A stretch of DNA of 64,000 nt from Bugula neritina (Eukaryota; Animalia; Bryozoa), in the NCBI GenBank assembly GCA_964035545.1, contig OZ037772.1, forward strand, positions 1,798,001-1,862,000. Direction: 5' to 3'. The translations under genes and the position numbers were made by a program. Shown here in pieces: positions 12,446 through 26,710 of the stretch; within the stretch, counting starts at the first letter, position 1, and every line of letters starts with the position of its first letter. The notes below the pieces were generated by a model. That model made no database searches and was not told the DNA's origin. It worked only from the letters and a program-made list of their open reading frames with translations.

Positions 12446-14645
12446 ATGGCAGAATCCAGAGTTGTGAAAAAAAGACTAAACAATTCGTATCGCTGTGGGT
12501 ACTGCTCGCAGTACTTCAACAAACTTGAAGACCCCAGAACTCTGCCCTGTCTGCATGTGTACTGCATGAGATGTTTGAAGACTGACATCGGTGGTAGGAA
12601 GGATCATATCAGATGTGCTTATTGTAGGTGAGTTACAGTACATAACACAATATACCATGTCATAGGCTTGCATATGATTTTCTCACTACCATCTAGGAGT
12701 TGTCTGATCTATGTCTATGAAAAGCAAACAATACTGTATATTCTATGTGAACTCTGGTTACTAACTTGTGGAGTGTGTGGATATCTTTTCATTAGGTAGA
12801 GAAAGTAACTGTTATGTAGATTGCATCATCAGCTGTCCTCTCTTGTTGAATTGTGGTACTGTTGGATGTCATGGGATTGGGGTTGTCTCCTCATTATATT
12901 ATTTTGTTCTCATACAGTACAACCTTTTTCATGCCATTCCCACTTTCATAAATGTTTACTATTAATTCTCCCCTTTGAAAAAACGAAATTTCTTATGACT
13001 GACATAATGATAATATAGATTACTATGCAATATTTTTCCTATTACATTTGAATATAATATAGTTATTTCTAATAATTATATTATGCATGTATAAAACACA
13101 GAGCAGTTCAATTATTAATATTATGGCTGCAGCTGATGACATTGTGTCAGCTTGCTTTCAAACCTCCCACCCCAACCCTTAAACCCCAACCCCAATATTG
13201 TAATTAAAACACATTCATGTAGAAGTAGACTGAGATGACAGAATTGGTTAAATAGATAAGCTAAGATGAATGCTTATAGATATACATGTACATGTAACTT
13301 GCAAGAGCTCAAAAGTCTTTAACAAACTGCTTGAAATTTTCAAAATCAAAATCCAGGCTCCCCCTAAAAAGCCCAAATTCCCTCTTATAGGGGGATTCCC
13401 CCAGGTTGGGAACCACTGTGTTGAATTGACTTGTGTTTACTATCTTCTTTCCTGCAATTAGAAACATGTATGATGTTGTCATGACAACACAGTTGCTGTG
13501 GCACAAAGTACAGTTTACTAGCATGTAGTGATTGTGTAGTGAGAGTGGAGTGTCTAGTTATTGTCCATGGTTATGTGTAATCTTTAAGGAGTAGAATTAT
13601 ATTATTTTAATATAATGTTGAGGTACTTTTATAATGGCAGTTTGCTCAATAGCTTTAGTTCTAATGCGATAGACTCATAGCTCTGGAGTCTAGCAGCTGC
13701 TACTACTACCACTAGCTGTTCAGAATTCGGCCAACATCCGGCTGCCAAAGCATAATAGCCATAATAGGCCAAGCAGTCACTGGGAAATTATTTGACTAAA
13801 GAGCAGGTCTTATGACAATTAGTAGTCAGTCCCTTAGACAGGAAACAGTGATTCTGTGACCTATTTAGTTAAATCCAATGCTGAAATTTTAATAGATTAT
13901 TAGATGGCCATCACAATTGTATTTGGTAGTGAGTTGTACAATATAATATTATGGGGTGTCAATCAGTGTCTAATATAGTCTGTGAATTGAATGTCTCCTT
14001 TAGCTTTGATGAGTTGATTACTTCTTCTACCATCAGTCAGTTGTATTTAAGTTGCGTTTATACCTCTGCTGAAAAAAGTGCCGAGTTTAAGTTAATAATG
14101 CTTGTCCAGGTACCCCTTTATAGTCAAACTGAAACTCGTTGAAATCATATTGATGCGGTTGCTCACTTTCTGAAATTGAAATTTGACTAGCATAATAGCT
14201 ATTTGATGCCCTTTGTAAACGTCGTGAATTAGTGAAGCGGAAAGCATAGAAGCGATAATTGAGAAGGCGTAGGCTATATAATTATAACCGTATAAGTACA
14301 TTGTCTAATCGCCAAAGTAATAACTAAATAACGATGTTTACAAGGAGTTATTACTCTTATTCTAAAATTGGCCGATTAAGTTATCGCAGTACAAAAATTT
14401 CAACGAGTGGCTTTTACAATGCAATGCAACTCGGAGAAATTTCAACCCGGCCAAATTGAAATTTTGACCGAAAATCGTGAAGGTATGAACGCAACTTAAG
14501 TGTTACTTTGTATTGAGTCATGAATAGTGTTGAGGATTTGGGCCTATATTATGCCAACCCCCCCCCTTCTGACTTAGACTGAGACCCAACCTGCTGCACA
14601 TACATAGTAGTACTACACTGAAGATAGTTAACATGTGTATATATC

Positions 14646-14727
<82 letters not shown>

Positions 14728-17700
14728 GCATATATCATCCTACTAGTAATGGATTACTAAGTACAACTCATCCTATGACTCACTCTTCTTATGCTAGCTG
14801 CACGAGATAGACAACTCACAGTGACACGCACTCACAGTGCACTAGCTCTTGACACATTGCCAAGGATGATGAAATGACAGTTTCGCACCACTCCTAGCAG
14901 TTAGAGTGGCAGGGAATAGTTGTAGTATGTTGTAGTATTGGCTCCTCAGAATTCACCCCTCAGTAATTAGCTGCATTGCACAAACTTGCAACAATAGTGA
15001 ATAATTATTGACAATATGGCCTCCACTCAGTAGTTAACTAGTAATTTATCTTGTCATTTTACTCTACAAGTTACAGTTGAGTCTGTTTGTTGAGTAGCAG
15101 TTCTTTGTCATGAGTGACTATTTTACAGCATATTAAGTACATAGTATAGTCAAGTGTGTTTGTGTGATAGCCTGTGGTCTATATAATGAATGTGTGTTGA
15201 TGAGTTATGAGTATTTATTTGAGTATTTGTCAAGGACATAGCTGTGTGTGTGGATGGAGTATTTCATTACTTGAGATATACTACACACAGCTAACACAGG
15301 TAACATACTGATTGCTATATATTGTAGGAAAGATCACTATGACATCACGGATCCCACAACACTACCAGTAGCTCAGCATGGAGACCCCTTAGAATACAAG
15401 TCTCCACCCAAACCTGCACCCATTCCCTGCGATGTGTGTAAAGGTGGAACACAAGCTGCTGTGTTCTGTGTCGACAGTCAAAAAAAGTTGTGTCAGCAGC
15501 ATCAAGAAGTGAGTCTTTCTTATATAATTTCTCAAGATTAGTTACTAAACCAGTTCTGGTTTGTATGTAGAATATTATTGAAAAGAAATGTTGAGTCTGT
15601 GTGACTTTTTATACTAAACACAGAGTTTCACAGTGCAGTGAGTCAACTATGACAGACTTGTTGGTGAAAATACAATCAACTAAACTGTTGACCTTTATTA
15701 TACAGGATCACAGAGAGCTGATGGGAGATAGACATCAGTTTATTGACATTCAGGTCTACAGAGCTTCTCCCCAAAGATATACTATAACTGAATGTGAACA
15801 TCATAAACAGGAACAGCTGACAGAAGTGTGTTCCAAGTGTCACCAGATATTCTGTATGAGATGTGATATGAGGACTGGCTGTAAGGATAAGACAGGTATT
15901 TACTTGCTGTTTCTATTTCTGTAGAAAGAAACTGAAAAATATTACAAGAAACTGTTATTTATTATTTTATTATTAAAGTGAGTTATGTAACAGTAAAAGA
16001 GGAAGTAAGGTTTGTGTGAGACAGAAGTGGATAGTGCAGGAGTTTATATTCTCACTGTTATGTTGAATATTTAGTATATTTCATCCTTCAAGTGTCTGTT
16101 TCTTTGATAAGATGGTATAGGCATAGCTTAACTCAGTGGTGTCTCACCTTCTTCATACCATCCTCCTTTTTATGATTATTTTCTATTAAGTTTCCGCCTC
16201 TTTGATAAAATTGTAATTTCATTTATAAAGAAAATCTGGGACAGGTTGTTTTCCTAATAATTCATTGAGTGTAGAAAAAAGCACTTTGTGTTTGACATGA
16301 ATTAGTGTCTGCCACAGCTTCAGTTCAGCTTTGAAAGCATTGATGCTGCTATTAAAAGCAGTGAGTTGATAATTATACTCATTCATTTTAGGTTCAGAGT
16401 TTTTAGTACAGCAAATATATCTACTAGGTATGCAGTAAATAGTTTATGGCGATCAGTTCCACTGACTGCAAAAACTTCCTGTTGGTTTTTACTTTCAATA
16501 AACCTTTTAGCCTCCATTCGTAGTAGGAGGGGTAGCAGCTAGAGTAGAGTGAATATTAGACACATGGATGTAGAAGTAAACTTAGATTGTAGAGTGTAAT
16601 GTGGATAAATAAATGAACTACATAAAATGAAGGAGTTATAATTATACATATTCATGTAACCTGGAACACAAGGCAAGAGCTCAAAAAGCTGATAACAAAC
16701 TCTGTGAAATTTTAGAAATGAAAACCCTTAAAAAACTAAAATTTCCTGTGAAGGGGAAATTCCCCAAGGTTGAGAGCAACTGCTTTAATTTTTTCAACTA
16801 TTTCATTCCAAGTGCAGTGAATATAAATGACATCTTTCTAGTCCAAGTCCAACAGTCTAGTTATTACATAGTATGTGTGTAGTGATACATCATCTACCTG
16901 TAGTTACAGGTAGTAGGTGTAAAATAAGTACTATATCATATCTAAAAATGCTTTTATGAATTGTGTGATTTTATGTACACAGAGGAGACAGTAGCATCCC
17001 ATGACTTGGCATCTTTGAGTGATTTGTCTTGTGAGTTACGAGAAAGTCTGACTGGTGGAATAGAGACTCTGTCTGAGAAAGTTGCAGAGTTGAATGACAT
17101 CTCAAAGGATGCCTGGAAAGAACTGAGTAAAATAGAAGATGAAGTGAAGAAGATGGTTGCCAGAGTAAACGCTGTGGCTGATGCTCAGGTATGCTGACAT
17201 GGTGATGTCATCTAATGTATTTCTGTTTGTCTGAAATTGGGTTTTGCATCTGGTTTTTGAGTGGTAAATAGAAATGAATTTCATTTGCCACTAGAATTAA
17301 CTGACCATTAAAGCATTATTATTCTGTGTACAAGTAGCAGTAGTCATTCATCACATGTTACTCAGTGCAGAGGAACCTGTCAATACAGATGACTCACTCA
17401 TCCTTCTGCTACTGTCAATCACTCACACAGAGAGGCTGGCTGGGCGAGTGATTGACAGGTGTCAGGAGGAGGAGACTAGTCACGTGATGTACTAGCTCTC
17501 TGCTGTGTATAGAGTGTCACGTGACTGAGTCATTGTCCACTCAGTGGGTGATCTGTCACCTTCATTTCAAGTGCAGAGGTTGTGAGGTGCAGATGTGGTT
17601 ACACTGTGTTACTATTTATTAGATAGAAGAGATCAGAAAGAGAGCTACAAACCTGAGGCTAGAAATATATGGATATTTGAAGAGCTGCACACAGATAGTG

Positions 17701-20122
17701 GATAATTATAGAATAGAGCTGGCCTTGAGTAAGACAATGGGCAGACAGTCTCTGCTGGACACAGTGCAACATGCAGTTGATAAGTTCAATGATGCAGGGA
17801 TTGTGAGAGACTACAAAGAGATGAGTGAGAAGGTGGAAAAGGCTACAGATATTGGTGTAATAGAGAAGTGTGTACTTCCAGACAGCATCTTGGTACCAAC
17901 ATGTAGGTGGAGTCTATAAATAGTAACACTAACTATAAATAACTTTCTGCTTGTAATCATGTGAGTTGCTTTCACTGAATATTTTAATAGGAGAGAGAAT
18001 AAGTAGATAGAGTTTATTTATTAGAGAATTGAGTTTTGTTCTGCTCTCACATTATGAGACATTTCTGCAGTGTTTCAGAGTTTATGATGTATAAGTGAGC
18101 TGCTAAACTGTGTTATGCTGACTACCTGCTGTCAGTATTAACAAGATATTCTCACTTAGACCTGTGCATCTCGTAGCAACTTGTAGTAACTACAGACTGC
18201 TTGTATTTAAAACATCTTTTAATTTTAAGTTTGAAAAGCTGTTCCCACCTCCTCAGGTGATGAGATTCTCAAGTTATAGAATTGTTATTTTGTTGTTGCA
18301 GACAGTGAAGACAGTCTGGGACTGAAGCTGCTGCAGCCACCATCTTCTCTCCAGTCTGATGGACTTCCTGTACGTGACTCGTGTTACACAGTAAACATCT
18401 CAGCTGATAGACATCTCATGTGTCGGACACGAGAAGCTGTAAAAGTAATAAATAGAGAGACTCTGGATACTATCAGCTCAGTGAAACACACCAACACTAC
18501 AGGGTGGGGGGAGATAATCCAACCTGAAGGGGTGATGGTTGCCAGCTGGTATAACAGAGAGGAGAAAACAGCTGAAGTCTCACTTCTTGATCCGAACTCC
18601 TTTGAGAAGACTCGCTCTCTCTACAAGCAGCCATTAGATGAACCCGCTTACTATAGAATAGCTCAGCACGACTCACTGCTCTGTATTGTAGACAGGAGAG
18701 AGAAACAGCTGGTAGTCTGTAACCTAGTTGACAATAAAATACAGAAGTTCCCACTTCCTGAGATGAAGAACCCTCGACCTGTATGCATCCTCCCAGACTC
18801 AACTCTCCTCATAGGAGACCTCACTGCAGATGGTAAAGTGAGAAGATATAAAGTGGAGAACACAACTCTCACTCTAATGTGGGAGTTTCCTCACATCTCA
18901 TATCCATCTGGTATTTCCTTTGATCCAACATCTGAACTGATTCACATCTGTACAGGGAAAGGACCTCTCCTCATCCTCTCACTTGAAGGTAAATACTCTG
19001 TTTATTATAGTAAGTTTAGTTATTTTATATATAATTATGTTGTAGTAAATAATATATTTTAATAATTAACAGTAAACAACTTCCACTCATAAGATATATT
19101 ATGACATTGTTAGTATTTATCAAGTCACTGATGTTATTTTTAGCTAAAAGTTATGTAATAAAGACTGTAACATGCTGATAGTAGATGCTATATTCTTCAT
19201 CACATGACTTGTAGCTAATAATAATATTAGTGAATAATACTGCCTCCCTGCAATGAGTTTATTTCCAGCTGCAGTAACATGCAGGATGTAAGCACAGGTA
19301 GAAGTGTATATTATACTGTATAGGTTTAAGGTGTACTCTGTGTAGTGTGCAGTGAGCTCTTAGTAAACTCTCTATTCAGTCTTCCTTTCCAAGGGTTCAC
19401 CTGGTAAAGTAGAGGATAGGGACTCCACACTGCTGAGTGAGTTGGTGCTGCAAGGGGTTCAAACCCACCTATCAGCATGTCTAGTTAGTATACTATGCAA
19501 GTGTTTTACAGTAATTTTAGAGGTACTCAGTCTAACAACTGTGCAGACTGCCAGCTACACATGAGTTATAAGTTGTAGTTTGGCTTCAGTCTAGTGCTGC
19601 TGTTGTTTTGGTCATCAGATAATTTAAATGTACATAATTTGATACTTTTTGACTGCCATTACTGAGACTATGTAATTTGATGATGGCTGGTAGAGCAGTG
19701 TTTGCTGGTGGGACTCAGGTGGCTGTGGTTGGCTCTTGTCAAGTATTTAATATGTGATAATGTTGGAGTAGCTGCAGTAGTATTAGAAGTAGACATGTGG
19801 GTGTGTTCTTGCTCAGAGCCACAGGCTAAGTTTATGGGTCAAGGTCAATATTGTTGTATAACGAGACACTGTTTTCTATTTGAGTATTTACTTCATGCAT
19901 GTAACCTGCTTAGTTCCATCTTTAAAGGCAGTCTGTCTGTTTCTCTCAACACACACCAACTGATACAATATGATGCTATTATTTACAGGTCAACTGGTGC
20001 TTACTGTTCCCAGAGAAAGTCTTGGTGTGAGTGAAGTGGTGTGGGACATTGCTGTGTATAACAGAGACACTGTGTTTCTAGCATGTGGAGATGGACTGAG
20101 GAGATACACAATAAAATACTAA
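12446..20122 (+). CDS. TRIM-like E3 ubiquitin ligase: RING - B-box1 - B-box2 - coiled coil - NHL/beta-propeller, ~619 aa, 7 coding exons
   Basis: Exons 12446-12627, 15328-15508, 15706-15895, 16983-17188, 17623-17902, 18302-18988 and 19989-20122 total 1860 nt, phase-consistent with no stops. C3HC4 RING: CGYC...DPRTLPCLHVYCMRCL...CAYCR. B-box motifs CDVC..FCVD..LC..H and CEHH..CSKC..CMRC. Propeller repeats (NPRPVCILPDSTLLIGD, PSGISFDP). AATAAA at ~20300. Confidence 0.9.
14051..14495. mobile_element. MITE with terminal inverted repeats in TRIM intron 1
   Basis: TTAA|GTTGCGTTTATACCT ... AGGTATGAACGCAAC|TTAA (15-bp TIR, 1 mismatch; TTAA or TA target duplication). Confidence 0.8.
14639..14724. repeat. 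(TA)n microsatellite
   Basis: Directly visible. Confidence 0.98.
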
Positions 20123-20846
20123 ACTTATCAGCTACAGCTGACTAATAATCAGCTCAGTGAGGTGCTGAGAGATAAAATGGATAATATTTGTCATCAACAT
20201 AGTTATATTCATTACAATTCATCAATACACACACTCTGTAATTATAGTTGGATATGAGATGTTTTACTGTATCAAATATATGTTGCTATTTTACCATCTA
20301 ATAAAGTTTATTTGTTAGTGAAAACATAGTCTGTTTTCATGCCTCATTAGCTTTAGTTCAAGTTGAGTTCGGTTAGTAAAAATAATCTATACTGGAGCAG
20401 TAACTGTAAATGACTTGTTTGTGGGAGAATTTATTCACTGAATTGACATGCAGGTGCAAGTACCTCCAACATGACTAAGTAAATTTATTCCAACCATTCA
20501 TAATAATATACATTCCATTGCTGTGTACAACAGCATTGAGTAGCCAATCAAATTGTTTCTTGTCACGCAATCAGGAATCTGATAAATAATATATAAGGCA
20601 ATCAACTAGATATAAACACTGTATTACTCTACACATGAGCTGTCTATGATACAGCTGTTTTGTAAACTGTGTGTAATTTGATGAGTTTAGTTCAATTGGT
20701 TGCAGTTTAATTATGACATGTTCCCCATTCACTTGGTAGAAATACCTTGTGTGCACAGACAAGTTGTAATGACTAACAGAAACTTTTTCAGTAGGTTCCA
20801 GTTCATCTTGAATATAATAGTACAGCTTGTTGTCATTTGGTCTCCA

Positions 20847-21234
20847 TAGTATTGATGGTACACTACCTTGTTTGGCCTCAATAGTATTGATAGTATACTA
20901 CCTTGTTTGGCCTCAATAGTATTGATGGTAGACTACCTTGTTTAGCCTCACTAGTATTGATGGTACACTACCTTGTCTGGCCTTAATATTATAGATGGTA
21001 TATTACCTTGTTTGGCCTCAATAGTATTGATGGTATACTACCTTGTTTGGCCTCAATAGTATTGGTGGTAGACTACCTTGTTTGGCCTCAATAGTATTGA
21101 TGGTATACTACCTTGTTTAGCCTCAATAGTGTTGATGGTAGACTACCTTGTTTGGCCCTAATAGTATAGATGGTACACTACCTTGTTTGGCCCTAATAGT
21201 ATAGATGGTACACTACCTTGTTTGGCCTCAATAG
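20847..21234. repeat. 35-bp minisatellite (TAGTATTGATGGTATACTACCTTGTTTGGCCTCAA), ~11 copies
   Basis: Directly visible; no spacers between units. Confidence 0.95.
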
Positions 21235-23220
21235 TCTTGCTAACAGCACAACTTACAAGATTCAACTAATTTAACTTGTTGAGATTTACATGAATATAAT
21301 ACATATGAAATGTGAAAATAGCATTAAAAGTCAAGCAAGGAATTCACATGTTGACACAATTATATACTTTCACTTGAAGGTAAGCTTGATGAACCAATAT
21401 GAACTGCTCACAGAGTTTACTGTGTAGGATTTGCACCTAGAATATTTAGTTACATCAGAGCTAAGTGAAAAATCTAACAGTTGATTTATTCTGTTGAAAG
21501 TTAATGTGTTGAGTATTGATCTTATTACCCAACTTCACCCTTTTTACTGTAGAGTTTGTTGATGTAAGTTCACTTAATTAAACTATCCTCATGCAAGGGG
21601 TGGGGGTGGAATATTATTGTGAATTTATGCTTTACTTGTTGTTATTATAGGGTCTATTTAGGCAAAGCTATTTCACCAGGTTTGTGATTGCTAACACTTT
21701 ATTCTATTTATTTCAAGATACTAATAAAACTGTACAACTATCAAAAACACGTTCCATAATAAAAGAGAGAATATACAAGACTTTACAATAACAATTCCAA
21801 GTGCTCTCTGCCTGCTAGTCAAATAGACTAGGGCCGACTACAAGTATTCAGCTCCGCCTACTACTAATTATTAACAGTCACTGATTGGCCATCACGATGG
21901 CACCATCACACTAGTTGATCTGCATGCTGCAAAATGCATCATGTCCTCTAGTTAAAGTGTTAAAGTGTGGAGTTATCATTTCGATATAATAACATAATAT
22001 ACAAAATCTCTGCAATATGCCATCTGGGATATCTGTATGATAAACTTAACTAATCAACTAGCAGCATCTTGGTTATTCAATGAAATTATCAAACTATATT
22101 ATTTAACTGTAACATTAACCTAGTGAAACCTCTTATCTGTTCCTCCTATTCACTAATCATCAAATTATTCTCCTCTACCAAATCAATACATTGTGCAGAC
22201 TCCATATTCAATCTCCTCTACATACAGTTTATATTCTAGCTATCAGAGTCATGATTCTACATCACATGAATGTTCTCTACTTTAACAAGAGAATAGCCAA
22301 CTATAAAAACCTGCTATAGCACACAATATAGCAACCTGTTATAAGATGACATACAGTACATCAATATTCATTCACTACACAAAATATCTCAATACACATA
22401 ACAACTGGAGCTGCTGAAGTTCAATGGCTTATACAAGTTGAATTGAACAAAACACTACGTTGTTCTTCAGCATATCAACTAGTATGAGTAGTGTGGAGAG
22501 ATCTTTTATATATATAAAAACTTGTGTTTGAAGGAAATATTAAATTATATTATTCCTCTTAGCATCACATGTAGCATGAATATCAACTTATAGTTAGTGA
22601 GTTACTAGAAGTTTCTTTGTAACGGAAACCAGTCCGGGTTCCCCTGCAGTTCCATCTCAACGAGTCTGGCCTGAGCTGAGGTCACCGCATGATGACATCA
22701 TTCACTAGGTTCTTCTTGGTGTCTGGAAATTTTCCACCAGTTACTCCAGTGACTGAAAATGAAGTACTAATACCAGTGACTCGGTCTCAAACTTACTTAC
22801 TGAGTCATTGTGATTATTAGTTGATGACTTAATGTTTTAGTGAAGTTATAGTTATAGTTAACTTATAGTCCTACTGACACTAATAGCTAATGTGCCATTC
22901 AGTCTCATCTTCATTCTCAGTAATTGTAATACTGATATTAAGACTAACTAACGCCTAATGCTAAGTTCAACTACTAATTATTACACTACTAGTACTACTA
23001 CTACTACTAGAAGTAGTGGTGGTGGCGGTAGCGGTAGCAGTAGTAATGGGAGTACTAGTAGTAGTAGTAGTATTAGTAGTAGTATGACAGCGCTTCTTCA
23101 TAGGATCTGCCAGTCACCCAGTAGTTGTTGTCACTAAACTATGTCAAATATATAGAGGTTAAAAGGTCACTAAACTATGTGAAATATATAGAGGTCAAGA
23201 GGTCACCAGACTATCACCAA

Positions 23221-23392
23221 CTTTCCATGTACCGATCTCAGATCGATCTCAGCGAGATCGATCCATGGGAAGATGCCAAAGATCGATCTCCGTCGATCTG
23301 AGCTGGTCGGTCTGTGGAGCTCGAACTCAGATCGATCTCATGTCAATAAGACCATGGAAAGACACCAGATCGATCTGAGAAGTAGAAAAAGA
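23221..23392. mobile_element. Small MITE-like element with repeated AGATCGATCT palindromes
   Basis: Imperfect inverted ends (CTTTCC..TCTCAGATCGATCT / AGATCGATCTGAGA..AAAAG) and several internal GATCGATC copies. Confidence 0.45.
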
Positions 23393-23666
23393 CTGCGTGC
23401 TACAATGTTGTCTGCTAATAAAAATGATAACTTATTGATAATTACTAAGCAAAGTAATAAATAATTGTGATAGCCGCCTTTTCAGATGCCAAAACTTTGA
23501 CTTTCAGTACAATGATTAAGAAAACTCAATTATATGCAGAAGAAGGTAAAAAAAAATGGGAGAATTTAAATTGAGTTCAAATGACTATATTAAAACTCAG
23601 TTTCATAAGCTATTTCCTTTGTAATTTTAAGCCTAACAGTCCTGTAAGTTTATTAATAATCTGCAA

Positions 23667-23925
23667 GGGCCACACCCACTCCCGAAAGAGCCACACCCAC
23701 TCCAGAAAGGGCCACACCCACTCAAGAAAGGGCCACACCTACTCAAGAAAGGGCCACACCCACTCCAGAAAGGGCCACACCCACTCCAGAAAGAGTCACA
23801 CCCACTCCAGAAATGGCCACACCCACTCCGGAAAGAGCCACACCCACTCTAGAAAGGCCACACCTACTACAGAAAGGGCCACACCCACTTCAGAAAGGGC
23901 CACACCCACTTCAGAAATGGCCACA
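23667..23925. repeat. 21-bp minisatellite (GGGCCACACCCACTCCAGAAA), ~12 copies
   Basis: Directly visible, just beyond the last recognisable VARS exon. Confidence 0.95.
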
Positions 23926-24680
23926 TTAGAGGGAATTCATAGTTTATCAACATAAACATAGTCTGTGGTAAATATTAGGTCTGTGCTAAACCCACTTGCT
24001 TTCTGTAAATAACACCAGACAAAATGAAGAATGACTCATACCTCAGCCTTAGGTTGCCCCTGGATCTGCACAAAGTAGGCTGGTATTCTGTGCCCCCACC
24101 ATAGCTGTCTGGAGATACACCAGCCCTTGGAGTTCCTCAGCCATTTGTACCAAGTGACTGTGTGATAGTCTGGTATGATCTTTAGCTTGCCTGATTCTAC
24201 TACCTGCAGTATACATACTATGCTATAGATATACTATGCTATAGGTATACTATGCTATAGATATACTATGCTATAGATATACTATGCTATAGATATACTA
24301 TGCTATAGACATACTATACAGTACTAATATATATACTACACAGCACTAATATATTATATACTATACACAGTACTAATACATATACTATACAGTACTAATA
24401 TATTATATACTATACATAATATATAATACAAGTACCTCTACAGCCTTGGCTGCCATATCGTCACATGCCACATATCACTGTGGTTTGGGTATCGGCTCAA
24501 TGATATCTTTAGATCGACTATAACACAAGAGAACACAGTGTAGAGGTCATTGTTAACAGACAGACTCACATAGTAACAGTTCAACTCAACAGCATTGTAA
24601 AATATAGTGGATATGTTAATGGAGCTATTCTTTAGGAGAACAAGAGAGGACAACTTCTATTACATTGAGATCTGCAGCTA

Positions 24681-24859
24681 TGAGTCATTTTACTTAACTT
24701 AATACACAAAGCTATATACCTTTAGCTTTTAGCTATTGTTCACAGTTGAGCTGCTAATTCAACATTTTAATGTAAGAAACTATACACATTAGCAGCTAAA
24801 CTGTGAAAAATAGCTAAGAACCAGATATATGGTGTGTACTAAACTAAGTAAAATGACTC
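24681..24859. mobile_element. ~180-bp foldback/MITE hairpin in a VARS intron
   Basis: TGAGTCATTTTACTTA...TAAGTAAAATGACTCA with internal arms TAGCTATT..TCACAGTT.AGCTGCTAAT / ATTAGCAGCT.AACTGTGA..AATAGCTA. Confidence 0.7.
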
Positions 24860-26120
24860 ACAAGTAAACATGACCAGGAAAAGTTCAGGATCTAACTGGA
24901 CGTGTATGAAGAAAATGTAGAAATCTAACAAGTTGGGATAAAATTGTAGAGAGAAGACGACTCACCTACATACAGGAACTACCATAGGGTTGTCTTCCTT
25001 TCCTTTGTATAGCCCCAAGTCTTCCAACCTTCTCTGAACAGCTTTACAGGCATCAAACCTGCACATGAAACTTACATGGAGTAAAAATTGCTAATAGACT
25101 CACACCTGTCACCTGCTCACACCTGTCACATGCTCACACATGTCACCTGTACACACCTGTCACCTGTACACAAATGGTATTAAACCACTAAAACCTATGT
25201 AGATCAATATTTTCTTGCTATTAAGTTGAGTAATTGTGAAACAGCCAAAATAGGAAAATAAGACCTTGTAGTGCAGTGAGCAAGGCAAGTTCAAGCCATA
25301 CAACTTTAACATGTTGCATTACAGAAGAAAGATCTGCTCCATTTTGGTAAATAACTATAAGTAATATTGGGAGTTACGCCACCTTTGAGTAACAACATGG
25401 AGTTGTGTTTCTTTTCATAAACGCAAAAAGGTAAAAGTTACTTGTTCCTTCGAGGTAGCATATATAATGCAAGGAAGAACCATCTCAACTTAGAAATATG
25501 TCACACAATTAGGAGTTATGCCACCTCCTTGTCAGAAACACGGAATACTAGATTCACACACCTTTTCATTTCCACAAACTCGCCGAAGTCTCCACATATT
25601 AACCCGTCATCGTCAATGATTGTGAGGAAGGGGAGTTTGTGTCAGAGGCCAACGTCGTAATCCTTGGGATCATGTGAGGGGGTTATCTTCACCGCCCCTA
25701 TCGACAATTAGATGGGAAGTGAGAAGCTCTGAGGCTATGAATATTACAAACAGTACTCGTTGCTATATGAATAGACTCCAATTTAGTTCTCCCTCCGTAT
25801 CTCAGTAAGCTGAGGGACCTGAAACCTCAATTCATGACACAGTAGAAATCTTACCATAGTAGAATACCATATTTAACACACGGATCTGTTAATTTAAACT
25901 AATTTGTCCCAATACACATAACATAAGCCACAAAACAAAGGACCAAGCCATTCTCATGACCTGTGGTATTTCATGAGAACTAGAAACATAAGATATAGTG
26001 GAAGCACTGCCCCAAACAAAACAAATCATATGAAATGATAGTTTAGTGATGGAAATAATTAGTTAATAGTCTTTGAAAATAGTTGGGCCGGTCAACTTCT
26101 GAAATTACCTTGTAAGAAAC

Positions 26121-26448
26121 ACAACAGGCTATGAATATACAGGACAACAGGCTATGAATATACAAGACAACAGGCTATGAATATACAGGACAACAGGCTA
26201 TGAATATACAAGACAACAGGCTATGAATATACAGGACAACAGGCTATGAATATACAGGACAACAGGCTATGAATATACAGGACAACAGGCTATGAATATA
26301 CAGGACAACAGGCTATGACTATACAGGACAACAGGCTATGAATATACAGGACAACAGGCTATGAATATACAGGACAACAGGCTATGAATATACAGGACAA
26401 CAAGCTATGAATATACAGGACAACAAGCTATGAATATACAAGACAACA
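26121..26448. repeat. 23-bp minisatellite (ACAACAGGCTATGAATATACAGG), ~14 copies
   Basis: Directly visible, in the VARS interval where exon(s) are missing. Confidence 0.95.
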
Positions 26449-26555
26449 GAGAACTCACAAAACCAAGATGGAGGACCTTATGATTAGTGTTTTACTTTAA
26501 GGACTTTATGCAGAGTTGTTGCCCCCTGATCAGGAAACGGCGGTAGGTGGAGGTA

Positions 26556-26710
26556 GGTGCAGTAATGGAAAAATTGAGGAAAACATGTGTTCTAGATTAG
26601 AAATATAGCACAAGAAGTTATTTTCTTGAAACTTCAACCCGCACCTTAAACCAAAATGCAATAATAATATTAAAGAACTTAGGCTATCTCAAGTTCTCCA
26701 CTACTGCTCC
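26556..26710. mobile_element. ~155-bp MITE (TA flanks); second copy inverted at 30084-30240
   Basis: TA|GGTGCAGTAATGGAAAAATTGAG ... CTCAAGTTCTCCACTACTGCTCC|TA. The reverse complement matches 30084-30240. Confidence 0.75.

Noticed and set aside
20847-21234. CRISPR-like 35-bp repeat array (also the 30-bp and 26-bp arrays)
   Set aside because: Head-to-tail units without unique spacers, no cas genes, eukaryotic context.
23581-23955. His-rich GHTHSRK repeat protein
   Set aside because: Translation of a 21-bp minisatellite with a mid-array frameshift and no gene structure.
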